Shown here: one piece after another, positions 1-17,434 of the stretch
How positions within the stretch are numbered: the stretch's first letter is position 1
Layout: each line of letters begins with the position of its first letter
Source of the DNA: Tubiluchus corallicola
Lineage: Eukaryota; Animalia; Priapulida
DNA: 64,000 bases
Direction of reading: 5' to 3'
Assembly: GCA_030141605.1 (NCBI GenBank)
Contig: JAQGDQ010000002.1
Location: forward strand, 1,736,001 to 1,800,000
Translations under genes and position numbers: made by a program
The notes under the pieces: generated by a model
Database searches by the model: none
Seen by the model: only the letters and a program-made list of their open reading frames with translations
What the model was told of the DNA's origin: nothing

Positions 1-1429
1 TTTGTGAATATGAATTCCATTTTAAGTATTTTGAGACCTTACCAGAGTCACGTGACACCTGATGAAGCCAAATTTAATGGTTTATCATCTAGAACATATT
101 GATGGTTTACACATTACGATGTCGCTCTTGTGGATGTTAAAATGCATTAGCCAGTCCTAGATTGTATAGTTCTTTTTGTAGAGTAACAAAAGCCAGATCC
201 CGCAGTTCTCTTGCTTAAAAATTGCACTGTGCTGATATGATAAACGTTATACCAAAATTTAAACCTAATGGTGATTTTAACATAATAAATGTATGTGACT
301 GCATGAAATTACTGTGGATTCTCGTCTGAGAGCAACAGTCCTATTGCAGGTTAATTAATTTTGCAAAAGCAACATAAATGTGCAGTTGTGTCATAATTTT
401 CAAATGCTCATTGCAAACTTTTGAATGGATAGACTGCAGTGTAATTACGGAATTCACTGTCTGATTTTGCATACAAACTCATTGAGTATGCTAATTCTTA
501 GCTTCGTCACTATTGTAAAATTAATACTTATAAATATAAATCTGACAACTAGAGTACTATAGACACTCTAGAAACTATAATCTGACAACTGTGAATGTGA
601 GTCGGTAGTATTACAAAAAACTTTTGGTGCAACAAGACAATAAAAATAAAAGATGCCTACGCAATAACATAGTCTGAGTAATGCCTAGGTATGTAAAGAA
701 AGAGTTATCTGACATGGTTCTAATTTTAGCAGCTATACTGTCATGAATCATGATTAGCGGTTAAGCAAGTCACTCATAGAAACCCCATGTTCTTCCACCG
801 AATAATTGTCGATTAAGGATTTAAACTTTACAAGTTGGATGTGCCAGGGATTCATTAATCGAAGGTAATCGAAGATAATTATGGTAATTAAACTCGGCTT
901 TAGCACGGAGCCGCTGCAGCCATGCTAGAGATTTATTGGGGAGTAGTGCTCACAAATGACATAATATTGCACGGTGCGTCAGCAGCCTTTCACTTTCTTC
1001 CAAACGGCAATGCATTATGCATCCCATAATACCATTCTGAAACAAAAATGGTGGTTGTAAACGAAATGAAATCGATGCCTTATATTATAAATTAATTCGA
1101 TATCACTTACCAGTCACTTGTCTTTGAGACCGTTTCGTGTTTTTGAAAGCAGCTAAAGTTAACATCATAGTCTACTTTTCTGTTGAGGTGACAACGACAC
1201 AGGCGTGTGTAAGTCTCTTAAATTTTGGGCCTTGTTGTAGCAGCTAACATTGATCAACATTGCGATAAACAGTTCATGTGTGTTAATTAAAGCATCAGCG
1301 AACACTTTGTCGATAGACTTCGATATGGAGATCAACACTAATAAATTAGTAATTAAATAGGCCTACAATTTTTGGCGCTATTAGTATTACACTTTCGCAC
1401 CGCCTAGTTTTTTGTACGTTATTACTCGT

Positions 1430-2190
1430 TTCTAGGCTTGTACGTCATTATTCTTACGTCATCAGTGAATGTTTCCGCTAATCTAATTGTAATTTAATCA
1501 TATATTTAGGTATAATTACCAATAATTACGCTGTATTCACAGTTCTACACCTATACAGTTCGTATCGCCATCTTGTTTGTGTGTGTAGTCACGTGACGAA
1601 TTTCGTACTAGTTTATGCATTATCAGGGCCTAGCTTAAAAGCACGTGACACACTTTCATCTTCACCGCATTTACGAAATAAAGAAAAAACCTTTACTTTT
1701 TTTATAATCTAATAGTAATAATACTACAGTAATAAATAAAATTAATGATAAATAACTGTAGTCGTCTAAAATAATTTCCTCGTATATGCCAGCTTGGGTC
1801 CCGTGGCTGCAACCCTAATAATCATAAATTATGCGAAGAAACTAAAAATACATGTTAAGGGCCACATCGTCACTGCGCGAGAGCGATTGCGCATTAGTGG
1901 TGTAAACACGGTTATTCATGTGGAGCTTTTTGCGTAATGGCGTCGGTAAGTAATGTATGATTTTAATCTGGAATTATAAAGCCTAAAAACCAATAATATT
2001 ATGGGGAATACGGTGTATATTACGCCTGTTGGTCTGCTTTCTGGCCTGCAGGCGTGAAAACGACCAATAGGCCAGGAAAAACTAGGCGGTGCGTAAGTGT
2101 AATAGCGCCCAATTTTTTTCATCTTGTGAAGTAGAAGTAGCTATGTACGTTATCATAACTGACAAGTCGTATTCTTAATCTTATTCTGAG
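1430..2190. promoter_or_regulatory. Probable divergent promoter for CWC22 (+) and an unidentified minus-strand transcript, including a putative non-coding CWC22 first exon ending at 2190
   Basis: Locally CpG-richer. It has TACGTCA half-CRE sites (~1441, ~1455), YY1-like CGCCATCTT (1566-1574), E-boxes GTCACGTGAC (1588-1597) and GCACGTGAC (1641-1649), a CCAAT near 2064 and a candidate donor gag|gtagta at 2190/2191. Inferred from motifs only. Confidence 0.5.
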
Positions 2191-2211
2191 GTAGTACTTA
2201 GTAGTAGTACT

Positions 2212-2662
2212 CTGTAGCGGATAGCCCTATAGGCTGAATAGGCTGAAGCCTAAGGCCCGGGATCAAAAGGGGCCCGGCAAAATAAAACGAAAAAAATTTT
2301 TTTTTGTAAAAAAAATAAATTGACAAAAGAGCAAGGGGCTCTTTTTTTCAAAAGTCAGTCACTATATTTCAAATCGAGTTTACACAAATCAAGTTTACAC
2401 AATTTAAGTTTACACAATTCACGTTTACACAGTTTAAGTTTAAGTTCAGAATTTCAGTTTCCGAATTTTTCTGGGGGCAAAGTCATTTATAATTTCTGAA
2501 AAGTCCATTTCATCACAATCGGTGGGCAAAAACTCACAAAATTAAACAAACTTACAAACGACGAGAGCTCCACAAAAACACGTCAACTCAGCAGTGTAGC
2601 AACATTTAAAAGGCCCGTTCCAAGCTCAAGCCTAAGGCCCATAAAATCATAATCCGCCGCTG
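2212..2662. mobile_element. Non-autonomous hAT-type DNA transposon (MITE), ~451 bp
   Basis: Imperfect TIRs (ctgtagcggat / atccgccgctg) with GTAGTACT on both sides (2204-2211, 2663-2670). Subterminal aagcctaaggccc is repeated and there is an internal ~15-bp agtttacacaa tandem. The flank is low-complexity, which weakens the TSD. Confidence 0.7.
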
Positions 2663-2937
2663 GTAGTACTACTAGTACTAGTACTAGTAGTAGTAGTACT
2701 AGCACTAGTAGAAACTAGAATGGCTAATATTGAATTTGGCCGTGCCCTATTTGGGCTCACGTACGACACTGCTTTTCCGCAAATTTAGCAAATGCACTTC
2801 AACAGAAGTGTCCTCCTACAGTAATAATACTAGTAATAGAAATACTAGTGTAGACCTACTACCAAGAGTAATTGCATTTTTGCAATTGCAGAACTTCTCT
2901 GATCAAACCATAATCCAGAGATGGGGTATTAGTAGAT

Positions 2938-3340
2938 TTGCTATTTGCCTCTCCATTATACAAAACTTGCTATAATTGAGATGAATAAGAGACATTACAA
3001 GCAGACTTGTTTGAAATTGAGCGATGACGTGACAACTGGTTAATGTCCTTGAAACGTAGTAAATGCAGTTTACTTCATATTTGTTCTAATTCTACATGAC
3101 ATTATTACCTGAGAGATGGTGTTATTGAAGAAAAAACAGTTGTATGGTTTGAGAGTATTAATCTGAAATAACCGAAAGTGGAACTCTCTATATTGAACAT
3201 ATTATTTCTCAGGCCAATAGACACTGGAATAATAAAACACTGCATTTCGTCATATACCGCAAAAGTTATTATACCTCTATACGAAGCTGTGATTAGTCCA
3301 GTACTTGAGCATCTGTGCGTTGTTTAGTTTCCTCAGTATG
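2938..3340 (+). mobile_element. Decayed CR1-like LINE fragment (C-terminal RT region of ORF2)
   Basis: Hand translation with stops and frameshifts gives LQADLFEIER*RDNWLMSLKRSKCSLLHI...TGIIKHCISSYTAKVIIPLYEAVISPVLEH. This matches the CR1-clade pattern LQxDLxxLxxWxxxWxMxFNxxKC...LYKALVRPxLEY. Confidence 0.7.
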
Positions 3341-6325
3341 TTGCTCTAAAGGTTGTGTTATGGTTAAGTCTCTAGGCTTCACAAGCAAGTTGTAGGCAAG
3401 CCTTCTTAAAACTTAGTGTTATTTGTGATACAACCACTGATCATTTAATGGAGAATTAGATTGGCCTATCTGGCATCAGTTTTCCTGTCTAAAACATTTT
3501 TGGTTGGAGAGGAGATTGCATCTTCCACACATTTGGTATTGATAGTACTTGGACTATTATCTAACTACATCTAATTACCTGGTGCTAAAGTTTTCTGCAA
3601 TTATAATATTATCAGCTTGAGCAAAATTCTTTGATAAACTCGCTACTTGATGTTGAGCAAAATGTTTCGCTATGTCAAGTATCGTGTTAAAAATTAAAAT
3701 ATGTCACTGTATATATTAGAATTACCTAAAAGTTACAGTAAAAAAAATTTATTAGTAAAATATCAGATTATCAGCTAATCTGTATAAGGTATTCTTTAAT
3801 TAGATGAACTTTAATTTATTTACCATTTTCTATGGTTAAATCGTAGAAAAAATGATAAAAATGTTCCTGTACATTTTTTTACTACTGTAATTTGCAATTG
3901 TTGTTTCCAGTACATGCAGTAACATAATCTAAACTTTTAAAATTTTTCAGTGGAACTGAAGATGATAGTTGATCTATCAAAATATTCTGTTTGTAATTTG
4001 TATATCTTATACATTTGTGTTTAACATGCCTGATTTTGACTTTTATGACTTTAAATGATTTACGAGCATCAAAACCCATAAAACCAGTGAAAACACAACT
4101 GTTATTGTCATACAATTGTTTAAAAAGAGCTCGCACTATTAACATTTATGTACAGGTACTCTTAGTTATACACATTAACCTCTGGCTGAGCTCACGTGGA
4201 TAATCACAAAACACAGGGACGTATGTTAAATGTTTTTGCATTGTCTGCTGCAAGTGCAAACACAAAACTATGCATTCACTCACCTATGACCAATTTGTTC
4301 TTGAAATATTTAGTAATGCAGCCTGCAGGTTTCTAAGCTGTGCCCTATGCCAATAATTTTTGAAAAAATTGGGAGAATTTTTGGCCTATGTAAACAGAAA
4401 GGGGGGTTTTAATCACATATTTACAAAGTTTTCTCACTGTTGTCTTTTCATGTCTAATTTGTTAGGCATTTGGATATTAAATTTTGCAATTTTTGCTTCA
4501 TAATAAGTAGACTGTGTGTTACCATGTTACCAAGAATGTGAACATTTCTTGGCAGTGCAAAGTGCATTTGTAATTATGTTTTCATATCAAAGAGCTTGAT
4601 TACAGCAAGTAAATAGTGACTGCTACCAGCTATGCATGGCAAGGCTGCCTGTGTTCTGCTAGGATTTTTATCAGGCTGCATTAATAAAGGTACAGATGTA
4701 AAGTAAATTCAGGTAACAACTTTTGGATAATGTATAAGACATTTTTAAGAGAAACACATTTTGTAATAAGTATTTTTTGTCCTGAGATTGTAACTAAACT
4801 TGGCGGTGGGGGATTTCTTGAGGGAGAAGAGCAGTTAAATTACAGGACATTTTGGCTGTATTTACTAGCTGTTGCACTAATTCAAAGTATGTTAAATAGT
4901 GAAATACGTCTGCAATTTAGAAGATTTTTCTAAATCCTAATAATAACAGGTTAATTGGCTAATGATAATCCAGAGTACACCGTAGTATTTTTTGTTTCTT
5001 ATGAATGGGAAGATTAAAAATTTTGGTATCTGGCCTAAAGGATGACATAAAATGCCAAATTTGCATATATTCCATGTATTTCAGATAGCTAAGGGTCAAA
5101 GAAACTGCCCAAGTTGCGTGATAAACCGAGTTGAGCGAAGACACATATTCGTGCATTCATTTCTCAGTGGATGCACTGTGTGCTTGTGCGTAGGTATTAT
5201 ATTGAAACACGAGCCTGCTTCATGGCCAAATGTTACATAGTTTGCTTTACAATGCTTACTTGTTGACTTACTCCATTGGTTTTGAATAATGTATTTAGAA
5301 AATGCTTAGTAGCACTAACAGCAGTTATATATTCACCACACTGCAGCTCAAGATGGAACCGCCCAGTTGTCGTAGTTAAGCAGTCAGTAGTGAAATTTGA
5401 TATGCAAGGTTTACACCCTTTCATACTCGCATAAAAGCACAATCTGCCTACTGAAACCGACACTGGAAGTGTGAGCAATACAGTCACTCAGAATCGGTTT
5501 CTGCTTCGGCATTTTATTAAAATCGGTGAATTACTGGCATGCAAACAGCGTTTGCTTTAAGCATTAAAATATATAGAAACAAATCTGTACTACCAAAATG
5601 TCTCAGATGGACAATATTCTAAATTACCCAGAACCGATTTATGCAGAGTCTGTCGTATTGTTATAATCCAATCTATAAGTAAAACAATCATTATGCGAGT
5701 GATGCCTTAGACGACTAACCGGAAAAATTCTTATAAATGTAAATAGATGATTTTGTCTTTATTTTAAATAGACATAATATTAATGTAATGTAATGATGGG
5801 ATTTTCCATGAATAATTTGCATTTTCTACTTAACTTTCGCAGCTCATACCAAATAAATAAAAAATACAGTATGAGCTTGCTTGGTCTTAGGAGTCATGTT
5901 TTCACATTTCACACATCAGGTGTCACCCATGATGGCACCCAGGTTTCATGCCTCATGTTTCACATATTTGATTGACAAGATGCCGACAACAATGGTATAA
6001 AAAAGTGTAGAAATGCAAAGCAAATTTACTGCGAGCCCATGATCCAAGAAAGCTCATTAATTTGGGATCCTATATACCAATTTACACAAATAAAGATCAG
6101 CAAAGTCAAATATGGAAATTGATGAAAGTGGCATATGAAATGTGAAGTCTATGACCTTTTGGCATGAAACCCAAAATGTGATATGAGAATTGCAAAACAT
6201 GACAGCATGAATCACAGCTTCCTTATGATTGCAATTCTTGTGCAACATGATTTAATAGTTCAATTTATCCTTAGCATTGTAGTTTTTCTAAAAAGTGTTT
6301 TTTTTGTTGTGCAGTTTAGTCGACA

Positions 6326-8845
6326 ATGGGTATTGAACATGTGGAAACATCTGAAGAGAAACACGAAAAATCACGAAGGCATAACCATAAAAAGAAGCAC
6401 AAAAGACATAACAGACATAATAGCAGTAGCAGCACAGGTGAAGATTTTCCAGCCTTGGGTGACTTGTCTGGTCAAGCTGCTGGGCAAATGATTGTTGATT
6501 CAGTTGCTGCACATGACAAGAAACGGGGAAAGTCGCGAAGGCATAGTCACAAGCAAAAGCACAAAAGACATCACATTCATAATGTTCGTGACAGTGACGT
6601 TGAGGACGGTGCAAGTGTGAAAAAACGCAAACGAAAAAGTAGGAGCAGCGATGTAGAAGAAAAAAGACATGCGGAAGATGATTTTGAAAGAACGCACATA
6701 CAAATAAGAAGGCACCGATCTCGATATGAAGAAAATAATGAGCGTGACCAGATGAACAGAAGAAGACACTATTCTCCTCAAGGTGAATATTGGAGAACCA
6801 GAGATAGACATAACTTTGAGAAAACTGAGAATTTCTCGGATGAGCTAGAAAGCTATAAGATGTCTAGAAAACATGCTAGAAATGTACGTGAGTCACACCC
6901 CAACAAAAGTGAAGCCGGTAACAAGAATGGTGACAAAGCTACTAACAAAGAAAATAAAAATTCGGGAGCTGATTCATTTGATAAAGAAAGTGCCAATGGT
7001 GTCCCAAGCCAAGACCCAAAAGAAAATGTTGAATCTGAACCTCCAAAGAACAAGAAGAATGAGGACATATTGACCATGCGAACGGGTGGTGCATACATAC
7101 CACCAGCTCGGTTAAGAGCGATGCAAGCACAAATAACTGATAAATCGAGTGCTGCTTATCAAAGGATAGCATGGGAGGCTTTGAAGAAGAGCATAAATGG
7201 TTTAGTTAACAAAGTGAACGTGTCGAACATTATTGATATTGTACGAGAACTCTTTCAAGAGAATATTGTGAGAGGCAGAGGCTTGTTAAGTCGCTCAGTT
7301 ATTCAAGCCCAAGCTGGTTCACCTACATTTACACATGTGTATGCAGCTGTGGTTGCTATCATTAACACAAAATTTCCCCAGATTGGTGAGCTCATATTAC
7401 GGAGGTTGATTATCCTTTTTCGTAAAGCCTTCAAGCGAAACGACAAAACAACTTGTCTATCAAGTTGTAAGTTCATTGCACATTTGGTGAATCAGCAGGT
7501 AGCTCATGAAGTTCTGAGTCTCGAAATTTTGACTCTTTTACTGGAAAATCCTACAGATGATTCAGTTGAAGTAGCTGTTGGATTTATAAAAGAGGTTGGT
7601 GCAAAGTTGACTGAAGTTTCTCCGAGAGGAGTGCGTGCCATTTATGACAGAATGAGAAGTGTTCTTCATGAAGGGAAGGTGGATGCAAGAGTACAATACA
7701 TGATTGAAATAGCTGTTCAAGTTCGAAAAGATTCATTCAAGGACTTTCCGTCTGTTTTAGAAGAACTTCAGAAGGTGAAAGAGGATGATCAGTTTACACA
7801 CATGCTTACTTTAGAAGAAGCCGGGTCTACAGAAGATAACCTGAATGTCTTCAAACATGATCCTGATTATGAAGCCAATGAAGAGAAATACAAAGCTATT
7901 AGAAAAGAGCTTCTGGAGGAAAGTAGTAGTGAGGAGGAAGGCTCTGACAATAATGGTAGTGATGATGATGAAGACAGTGATGACAGCGTAGAAGACGAGC
8001 AAGAGAAAACAACTGTAATTGACAACACAGAAACAAATTTGATCGCTCTACGCAGAAACATTTATTTAACTATTCAGTCTAGTTTAGACTTTGAAGAGTG
8101 TGCCCATAAACTACTAAAACTGCAACTGAAACCTGGTCAAGAAACTGAACTTTGTCACATGATTTTGGATTGCTGTGCACAACAACGAACGTACGAGAAA
8201 TTCTATGGTCTTCTTGCTCAGCGATTTTGTACACTAAACAAAATCTACATTCAGCCATTCCAAGATATTTTTGCACAGTCGTATGAAACCATTCATCGGT
8301 TAGAAACCAATAAGTTACGCAATGTAGCAAAGTTTTATGGACACCTCCTATATACAGACGCTATATCTTGGGAAGTTGTGCAACACATAAAAATGAATGA
8401 GGATGATACAACGTCGTCAAGTAGAATTTTCGTAAAGATTTTGTTTCAGGAACTGGCTGAATATATGGGCATAATAAAATTGAACGAACGACTAAAAGAC
8501 CCAATGCTGCAAGTATTTTTTGAGGGTCTTTTACCAAGAGATAATCCGAGAAACACTAGATTTTCTATCAACTTTTTCACATCTATAGGATTAGGTGGAC
8601 TGACTGATGAGCTTAGAGAACACCTGAAAAATGCACCTAAACCTGTGCCTGTGCAAGAGGAAGAATCATCTGGTAGTAGTAGTAGTACGGATGGTGACAG
8701 TGATTCGTCAGAAGATAGTGCAAGTGATAGCAGTAACAGTTCGGAAGACTCTAAAGGTGGTAGTTCCAATTCAAGTGAACCATCTACCTCTGAAGATAAT
8801 GGAAAAAGTAAACATTCTAAAAAGAAGTATTCCAGAAGACGATGA
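6326..8845 (+). CDS. CWC22: Pre-mRNA splicing factor CWC22 (nucampholin homolog), 839 aa, CDS in a single exon
   Basis: Long uninterrupted ORF with the conserved core [13 protein letters not shown]...[21 protein letters not shown] (MIF4G) and [23 protein letters not shown]...[10 protein letters not shown]...[23 protein letters not shown] (MA3), with K/R/H-rich and S/D/E-rich flanks. A 3' splice site (tttttgttgtgcag, ending 6314) lies 11 nt before the ATG. Confidence 0.97.
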   Translation: MGIEHVETSEEKHEKSRRHNHKKKHKRHNRHNSSSSTGEDFPALGDLSGQAAGQMIVDSVAAHDKKRGKSRRHSHKQKHKRHHIHNVRDSDVEDGASVKKRKRKSRSSDVEEKRHAEDDFERTHIQIRRHRSRYEENNERDQMNRRRHYSPQGEYWRTRDRHNFEKTENFSDELESYKMSRKHARNVRESHPNKSEAGNKNGDKATNKENKNSGADSFDKESANGVPSQDPKENVESEPPKNKKNEDILTMRTGGAYIPPARLRAMQAQITDKSSAAYQRIAWEALKKSINGLVNKVNVSNIIDIVRELFQENIVRGRGLLSRSVIQAQAGSPTFTHVYAAVVAIINTKFPQIGELILRRLIILFRKAFKRNDKTTCLSSCKFIAHLVNQQVAHEVLSLEILTLLLENPTDDSVEVAVGFIKEVGAKLTEVSPRGVRAIYDRMRSVLHEGKVDARVQYMIEIAVQVRKDSFKDFPSVLEELQKVKEDDQFTHMLTLEEAGSTEDNLNVFKHDPDYEANEEKYKAIRKELLEESSSEEEGSDNNGSDDDEDSDDSVEDEQEKTTVIDNTETNLIALRRNIYLTIQSSLDFEECAHKLLKLQLKPGQETELCHMILDCCAQQRTYEKFYGLLAQRFCTLNKIYIQPFQDIFAQSYETIHRLETNKLRNVAKFYGHLLYTDAISWEVVQHIKMNEDDTTSSSRIFVKILFQELAEYMGIIKLNERLKDPMLQVFFEGLLPRDNPRNTRFSINFFTSIGLGGLTDELREHLKNAPKPVPVQEEESSGSSSSTDGDSDSSEDSASDSSNSSEDSKGGSSNSSEPSTSEDNGKSKHSKKKYSRRR

Positions 8846-10624
8846 GAAAAATACTGATTTTTGTAGTGTACATGTAGAATGTTAAAATACTGGAGCACAC
8901 GTCAGATATATGTAGTGGACATAAGACCCCGTCCTACTACTATTTGAAAATGTGGCTATCTGTGTAACTTCACTTGTAATGCCTGTATGAGTTTACTCTC
9001 CCTGCAATTATTAGCTACCATTTGTTTTTGTTTTGTCTGATTAGGTCTTTGCATACGGCATTCTACACATCTACGGACGGGTTAAGTTTGCGAGTTCAAC
9101 TGCCTATCAGTACCTTATGTTTGCGTTACATGTAGAAGGTGTAGATGTTGAGGGAGGTAAAGATTACTGAAATAATGCTGGCTGGATATATGAAATATAG
9201 TGACTATTTAGGGACACACAAATACATTATTCTATAAGTTATGTTAGTGACAGCTTCAATACGTTGTAGAAGTACTTCTGCACAGCCGTGTTCGATAATT
9301 TGTAAATGTGGAATTATTATAATCATTTCTTTATTCTGTACTGTGGTTTCTTAGCCATTGATTCATACATTTACAGTACAATTAATCTGTTTAAATTCAT
9401 ACAAGTACATAATTATATAAATTTATTGTAAATATTCATGTTTTGGTAATGATAAGTGGAAAAACTGGAAATATTAGATAAAAAAATTTTGTTACTAGTA
9501 ATTAATTGTTAATTTTTTTATACATACTAATAGCGAAAAGTCATCTAGCTTAACACTAAAAAATTACCTGCTTTGCAACCTGCTTGAACTTATGGGCTTC
9601 CACAATATAAACTATCACAACTAATTAATTTCAAATATTAAGTTTCAAAGTCACATTGATCTTCCCACAGATCCTTTTGCTGTCATGCAGTTGCATGCAG
9701 TCTTATTCTCTAAATGTGTAGCTGACTGCTGCTGCTTTAACTTACAAAAATTTGTACAAAGAAAAAGGAGAATGATACATCTTGCCTGTACTGAAATTTT
9801 GAAAATCAAATTTGCAATGTACTTGTCGTATCCGAATGAAGAAATATGAGTTTAGTAAGTAAGCAAGCAGCCCAAAAAATAAAACTAAGTATGTATGACA
9901 GATTTAAATCATTTTTAATGTGAAGTCTTATCATAGACAACAGTCGGATTCATGCTTCAGTAATTTTAACTAACAATATTTCTGCAGACAAAATCTTAAT
10001 CGCAACAACTAGTTGACATAAACTAGTAAGAAAAGGATAAGTATTATAACAAATGTATGCTGTACATAAAATGATGATCAGTTTAAATGAAATCACAGTT
10101 CAATGCTAACACGTTCCTACAAATGAAAGGTACAGCAAAAGCACTCATCCATCAGACAAGCATATACTTTTCTAAGAACTACAGCAGCAAAAACAGGTTA
10201 ACAACCAAAGTCAAACACTATTGAATTTTATTACAATTGGCAACGCTTTAATAGTAACTATACAAACATACCTTTAATATATAAAAAAGTTACTAACAAC
10301 TTATATATATGACAATATGCATAATTACATCAGTTATGATGCCCACAGCATTAATTCTTACTGTCAATTAACTAACATTAACATTACATTATTACTAGGT
10401 CTCACCAGCAGTAAAATGTCTAAATATCCAAGTTAAATGCATTTGGTTCTGAAGTCGTTGCATGATTAATCAGTTGGCCAGATAAAGTTTATATTCATTA
10501 CATCCATTGTCATTGTCTAATTAATTTGACTTTAAACAGCTTATGTTTTTAAAGAAAACCAGTTACTAAACCACCAACAATTGGAAAGCTCAAGCGTGAC
10601 TCTATGGCTGCTTACGTTTGTTCT

Positions 10625-15645
<5,021 letters not shown>

Positions 15646-15984
15646 TTAATTGAAACTAACTTTTTATCAGATGATCATAGCTTCTGCTAGATCTGTAAAT
15701 GTTACTTTATAAGTTTGGATACAAATATTTTGATTTAACATTTCTATCTTTCTGCTTTATATAATAGTTGGTTTAAGACCCAACTATATAAAAGTATACC
15801 ACATGGCATGGTTAATTTGTACTAAGCAACAACTGTTTAGATCTGTAAATCTAAATATTTAGATTTTAATGGGAAATTACACCACCAAAAAGGAACAATA
15901 AAAAAATGTGCACAACTTTAGTTATTATAAAAGTTATACAATCGCAAATTTAGCTAACGGGTGGCAGTACCACACAATTATAAA

Positions 15985-16100
15985 CAGAGATGGGCGGATA
16001 TCACTTTCTTGTTTATCTGCAACAGTAAAAATCCGCAAATGCAAAATCCGCGGATTGAGTGAAATTTGAATATCATCGTGTCTGCAATATTCGCAAAAAT
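15985..16100. mobile_element. One end of a hAT-like MITE (partner end not found)
   Basis: Starts cagagatgggcggatatc and is followed by repeated atccgc motifs, a typical hAT terminus/subterminus pattern. No matching right TIR or TSD located. Confidence 0.35.
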
Positions 16101-17258
16101 GTAGGCAACAAATTAACTTGGTATGTGTGCCCTATTGTTAAAAACCGTTTGAAGCTAGGAGTTATAATCGCGAATCAATGATAAATTACTAGCCAGACCC
16201 CAATTTTGCTTGGAAACCTTTAGGCTTGACAACACACATACCATGCCCTTCACAGTTAACCATAAACCATAACAGGCTAGAGTGAAAAACTACAATATTC
16301 GTAATTACGAGCAATGTTTTGCACACTGTGCTGTATAAGATTTGAAATATAAAACTCTCGCGATGAGCGTAGGTCATTTGAAGTAAGTTTAGGTAACCTT
16401 GCATGAGTTTGAAAAAATAATCAGAACATTCATTGCATATACTTAAGCATAAATTACTTTATCGTGTCAATAAGATTAATATAATATTTTTGCAGAGTCA
16501 GTAATTCATCCCGGAAAAGCGAGTGTGTCATGTTTTACCGTTGGCGCAAACATTTAAATTGCTAGAATTCTCTTTTCAAGTTATGTAAGTCTTTGAAACA
16601 GGTAAGAGTAATACAAAGTAATATAACTTTCCTGGAAAGTTTTCTAGGACATACTTTGGCTTACATATCAGTAGCCATCATATTACTATAAGTACACACC
16701 TGCACAAATTTGATAGTTAACCAATGCTTTTAACGTTTTTAACTCGATGACTGCAGCAAAAATCACCTCATCATGACCACTCACCATAGTTTTTGATGCA
16801 TCTCTTGAATTACTTTATTGCGCAGTTACTTTATAGACATAACAAAATTTGCAGCTTTGGCATTCAATGAACTAAAAACTTGGCGTAAAGAATTTAGCAT
16901 TTTTGCTGTATGAAGCTTCTTTGCGCAACACAGAAGTAGCTAAACTATAAGTGTGCCACAAGTTGGTTAGCCTACTGTTGCAATACATATTTAAAAACCT
17001 ATGCCCTAATGCAGCCAAAATACACACGCTCTCTCTCAACATCATCACTCTCTTTCCAATCACATTAAATTCCATTAATTCCTTTAATAATATTCATGAC
17101 ATTTAAAAAACAAGTTTTTTGGTGGTCTAATTGAAGCCATGTCAGTTTGAAAACTTCTGTCGTTGATTTATATAAAAATAAACAAGAGTTAATACCTTTT
17201 GGCAAATACTTTGGGAAAGAGGAGCCAATCTTTTCAAGCTGCTACAATAAACACTTAC

Positions 17259-17425
17259 TGGAAAAAACAAGAATAAAGCCCTAGATGTGGAAGCAGACAT
17301 ATTAGTGACATCACGCTTGATGCGATGACGTCACGATCAGGTGGAAAACAACATGGAGGTTAATTTTGTGTGTTTTAAGAAGATTTTCAGGCTGATTGAT
17401 ACGTAGTTGCCCGAAATTGCGACAT
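17259..17425. promoter_or_regulatory. Compact bidirectional promoter shared by HINT2-like (-) and DENND5 (+)
   Basis: Perfect CRE palindrome TGACGTCA (17326-17333) and near-CRE TGACATCA (17306-17313). Strong minus-strand donor ca|gtaagt at 17259/17258. The DENND5 ATG is about 100 nt downstream on +. Confidence 0.6.
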
Positions 17426-17434
17426 ATGTTTAAA

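Noticed and set aside
2377-2445. Short regularly spaced repeats resembling a CRISPR array or iterons
   Set aside because: A 15-bp tandem unit with no unique spacers, inside a MITE in eukaryotic DNA.
6183-8898. Many overlapping or antisense ORFs (e.g. 6288-6614, 6500-6811, 8446-8898)
   Set aside because: They are shadows of the CWC22 CDS and its low-complexity codon usage, with no independent motifs.
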